Assembly (NCBI GenBank): GCA_022772475.1
Contig: JALEZQ010000014.1
Location: forward strand, 8,004-72,003
Reading direction: 5' to 3'
DNA length: 64,000 nt
DNA from: Bacteroidales bacterium
GTDB lineage: Bacteria > Bacteroidota > Bacteroidia > Bacteroidales > Bacteroidaceae
This document shows, in pieces, positions 60,816 to 64,000 of this stretch (position 1 is the first letter of the stretch; the number at the start of each line of letters is the position of its first letter). The notes beneath the pieces are model-generated. The model was not told the DNA's origin. It ran no database searches and saw only the letters and a program-made list of their open reading frames with translations. Made by a program: the position numbers and the translations under genes.

Positions 60816-63680
60816 ATGCACACACAAAGACTTAAACTGATGCTGGCGGCGATAGCCGTCGCAGGCTCGCTTGGCGCACAGACCGCCAAGCCTGTACGCG
60901 TGCCCGACACGTACAAGCCTTCTAACAACCCGATGTATCACAAGGGTTGGATTGACTTCAACAAGAACGGGAAGAAAGATGTCTATGAAGACCCCACAGC
61001 CCCCATTGCCGACCGCGTGGAAGACCTGCTGAGCCAGATGACGGTGGAAGAGAAGACCTGTCAGATGGTGACGCTCTATGGCTACGGCCGCGTGCTCAAG
61101 GACGACCTGCCCAACGAGAGCTGGAAGAGCGCCCTCTGGAAAGACGGCATCGGCGCCATCGACGAGCACCTGAACGGTTTCCGCCAGTGGAGCCTGCCAC
61201 CCTCCGACAACCCCAACGTATGGCCCGCCTCGCGCCACGCTTGGGCCATCAACGAGGTGCAGCGCTTCTTCATAGAAGAGACACGCCTGGGTATCCCTGC
61301 CGATATGACGAACGAGGGCATCCGCGGCGTCGAGGCCTACCGCGCCACCAACTTCCCCACCGGTCTGGGTCTTGGTCACACCTGGGACCGCGACCTCATA
61401 CGCCGCGTGGGCTATATCACCGGCCACGAAGGCCGCCTGCTGGGCTACACCAATATCTATGCCCCCATCCTCGACGTGGGTCGCGACCAGCGCTGGGGAC
61501 GCTATGAAGAAATCTACGGCGAAGCCCCCTACCTCGTGGCCGAGATGGGCATCAATATGACCCGCGGCCTGCAGACCGACTATCAGGTGGCCGCCACCGC
61601 CAAACACTATATTGCCTACAGTAACAACAAGGGCGCCCGCGAAGGCTTCTCGCGATGCGACCCCCAGATGTCGCCCCGCGAAGTGGAGATGGTACACGTC
61701 TATCCCTGGCGCCGCGTCATCGGCGAGGCCGGACTGCTCGGCGCCATGAGTGCGTACAACGACTACGATGGCTTCCCCATCCAAAGCAGTTACTACTGGC
61801 TCACCGAGCGCCTGCGCGGTGACTTCGGATTCAAGGGCTACATCGTTTCCGACAGCGATGCCGTGGAGTATCTGTACGGTAAGCACCACACGGCAGCCGA
61901 CATGAAGGAGTCTGTGCTGCAGAGCGTCAAGGCCGGCCTGAACGTGCGTTGCACCTTCCGCTCGACCGAGTCGTATGTCAACCCCCTGCGCGAGCTCATC
62001 CGTCAGGGTGCCCTGCCCATGGCAACCATCGACCAGCGCGTGCGCGACATCCTCTATGTCAAATTCCGCGTGGGCCTGTTCGACAACCCCTATCAGACCG
62101 ACCTGAAGGCCGCCGACCGCGAGGTAGATTCGCCCGAGAACCACGAAGTATCGCTCGAGGCCGCCCGTAAGTCGCTCGTGCTGCTGCGCAATCAAGACAA
62201 CGTGCTGCCCCTCGACCGCAGCAAGGTACGCCGCATCGCCGTCTGCGGTCCGAACGCCGATGCCAAGAGCCATGTGCTGACCCATTACGGTCCGCTGGCC
62301 GTTGAGGTAACCACTATCCTCGATGGCATCAAGGCCAAGGCAGCCCCCGGCACGGTGGTAGATTACACCAAGGGCTGCGACCTCGTCGATGCCAACTGGC
62401 CCGAGAGCGAACTGGTGCGCGAGCCCCTCACCGACGAGGAGCAGAAAGAGATCGACAAGGCCGTGGAGCAGGCCCGTCAGAGCGACGTGGCCGTGGTGGT
62501 GCTCGGCGGTAACACGCGCACCTGCGGCGAAAACAAGTCGCGCTCCAGCCTCGACCTGCCCGGCCGTCAGGAAGACCTGCTCAAGGCCGTTGTGGCCACA
62601 GGCAAGCCCGTCATCCTCGTCCTGATCAACGGTCGTCCGCTCAGCATCAACTGGGCCGACAAGCACGTGCCCGCCATCATCGAAGCCTGGTACCCCGGTT
62701 CGCAGGGCGGCACCGCCGTGGCCGAGGCTATCTTTGGCGATATCAACCCCGGCGGCAAACTGACCGTGACGTTCCCCAAGAGCGTAGGCCAGATACCCTT
62801 TAACTTCCCCGCCAAACCCGCCTCGCAGGTCAACGGCGGCAGTAGTAAGGGCCTCAAGGGCAGCGCCTCGCGCGTGAACGGTCCGCTCTATCCCTTTGGC
62901 TACGGTCTGAGCTACACCACGTTTGAATACAGCGACATCCGGATTACCCCCAGCCGCATCACCGATGCCCAGCCGGTTCAGGTGTCGTGCACCATCAAGA
63001 ACACCGGCAAGCGCGCCGGCGACGAGGTGGTACAGCTCTACGTCCGTGACGAGGTGAGCAGCGTCACCACCTACGAGAAGAACCTTGTAGGCTTCGAGCG
63101 CGTCAGCCTGCAGCCCGGCGAGAGCAAGCGCGTGACGATGACCATCAACCCGCGCGACCTGCGCCTGCTCAATGCCGACGGCCACCTGGTGGTAGAGCCC
63201 GGCACGTTCAAGGTGATGGTGGCCGCTTCGTCCGTCGATACCCGTCTGGAGGGCCGCTTCACCGTCGTGCCCTACGGCAAGGACACCGAGCAGACCTTAG
63301 AGCAGGGTCCGCAGACCATCGTCTTCGCCGGTGGTCAGGTGAAGGGTGGCAAGGGCGACGCCGGCGTGCTGACCGACGGCCAGGCCGCCACGCTGTGGCA
63401 AGGCGCTGCCGGCAACGACATCACCTTCACCCTGGCCGACAACGTAGCCCCCGGCAGCATGGGCATACAGTGGACCGACTGCAGCGCCGATGCCGAGTTT
63501 GAGATCCAGCTCTCCAGCGGCGGCGGCCAGTTTCTCACCGTCTATAAGGGCAAGGCAGCCAATACCACCGGCATCAAGACCTACACCTTCAAGGCCACCA
63601 CGGCCAGCGACGCCCGCATCCTGCTGACGCGCGGCAAGGCCTCGGTAGCCGAGGTGGGCCTCAAGGAACTGAAGAAGTAA
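60816..63680 (+). CDS. GH3 beta-glucosidase/beta-xylosidase with Fn3-like and extra C-terminal module
   Basis: RLGIP, RDQRWGRYEE, AKHY, IVSD nucleophile motif, PFGYGLSYTTF, EVVQLY. Confidence 0.92.
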   Translation: MHTQRLKLMLAAIAVAGSLGAQTAKPVRVPDTYKPSNNPMYHKGWIDFNKNGKKDVYEDPTAPIADRVEDLLSQMTVEEKTCQMVTLYGYGRVLKDDLPNESWKSALWKDGIGAIDEHLNGFRQWSLPPSDNPNVWPASRHAWAINEVQRFFIEETRLGIPADMTNEGIRGVEAYRATNFPTGLGLGHTWDRDLIRRVGYITGHEGRLLGYTNIYAPILDVGRDQRWGRYEEIYGEAPYLVAEMGINMTRGLQTDYQVAATAKHYIAYSNNKGAREGFSRCDPQMSPREVEMVHVYPWRRVIGEAGLLGAMSAYNDYDGFPIQSSYYWLTERLRGDFGFKGYIVSDSDAVEYLYGKHHTAADMKESVLQSVKAGLNVRCTFRSTESYVNPLRELIRQGALPMATIDQRVRDILYVKFRVGLFDNPYQTDLKAADREVDSPENHEVSLEAARKSLVLLRNQDNVLPLDRSKVRRIAVCGPNADAKSHVLTHYGPLAVEVTTILDGIKAKAAPGTVVDYTKGCDLVDANWPESELVREPLTDEEQKEIDKAVEQARQSDVAVVVLGGNTRTCGENKSRSSLDLPGRQEDLLKAVVATGKPVILVLINGRPLSINWADKHVPAIIEAWYPGSQGGTAVAEAIFGDINPGGKLTVTFPKSVGQIPFNFPAKPASQVNGGSSKGLKGSASRVNGPLYPFGYGLSYTTFEYSDIRITPSRITDAQPVQVSCTIKNTGKRAGDEVVQLYVRDEVSSVTTYEKNLVGFERVSLQPGESKRVTMTINPRDLRLLNADGHLVVEPGTFKVMVAASSVDTRLEGRFTVVPYGKDTEQTLEQGPQTIVFAGGQVKGGKGDAGVLTDGQAATLWQGAAGNDITFTLADNVAPGSMGIQWTDCSADAEFEIQLSSGGGQFLTVYKGKAANTTGIKTYTFKATTASDARILLTRGKASVAEVGLKELKK

Positions 63681-63721
63681 CTTCCGCTCAGCGTTTAGAG
63701 TTTAGTACATAACGCCCTGAA

Positions 63722-63807
63722 TTCTACACCAACGCATTTCTATACCAACGCATTTCTATACCAACGCAACGCGCCACGGCTTCATCGCCGTGGCGCGTTG
63801 CGTTGGT
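63722..63807. repeat. three 16-bp direct repeats merging into a hairpin with a 21-bp stem between convergent genes
   Basis: ttctayaccaacgcaw x3, then accaacgcaacgcgccacggc-ttcatc-gccgtggcgcgttgcgttggt. Confidence 0.8.
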
Positions 63808-63870
63808 GTGAGGTTCGGGTCGAGGTGTGCCGTGTCCTTGACTTGGACTGTAGCGTGGTAAAGTCGTCTC

Positions 63871-64000
63871 CTACATTTCCCTCAGCACAATCCCCGTGAA
63901 GATGCGGCCCGAGCCGATGCCCAGGCGGCGTGCCGAGAAAAACTCGTCCGTGTGGGTGAATGTGTCCGTGGCGCTGACCATGAGGTGGCAGAGGTCGATG
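63871..64000 (-). CDS. C-terminus of a YfiH/PgeF (laccase-domain) protein, truncated by the window
   Basis: Manual translation IDLCHLMVSATDTFTHTDEFFSARRLGIGSGRIFTGIVLREM*. Confidence 0.7.
   Translation of the reverse strand, partial: IDLCHLMVSATDTFTHTDEFFSARRLGIGSGRIFTGIVLREM

Overview
High-GC Bacteroidales chromosome window, probably Prevotellaceae-like judging by TAnnTTTG promoters, the gene set and a T9SS-type tail. Most of it is housekeeping: MATE-birA-yraN-tadA-tex-Nudix-GT2, secG/lptE/sigma54-activator, pflB and pflA, a TolC/HlyD/ABC-2 exporter, pyrH, aspC, ribBA, lptF, lplA-gcvT-H-PA-PB, groES/EL, prfC, rfbD, a GH3, tRNA-Met and tRNA-Ser. Three accessory signals stand out. (1) Two paralogous FGE-sulfatase/CLec cassettes, a lipoprotein (31318-32169) and a Ser/Thr kinase-TM fusion (39108-41204), have DGR-VR-like C-termini and a shared 3' hairpin element, and are bracketed by GTAG-type REP palindromes; no reverse transcriptase or template repeat is in the window. 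(2) A dispersed non-coding module (promoter, ~40-nt ORF-less transcript, terminator, three CNGT-N7-ACNG sites at 21-bp period) recurs with identical geometry at 17.1 and 41.7 kb and partially at 60.4 kb. (3) A lower-GC two-gene islet behind tRNA-Ser encodes a PflA-like radical SAM fusion and a Cys-rich/Gly-motif/HIRAN protein. All calls come from manual motif recognition; no searches were run.
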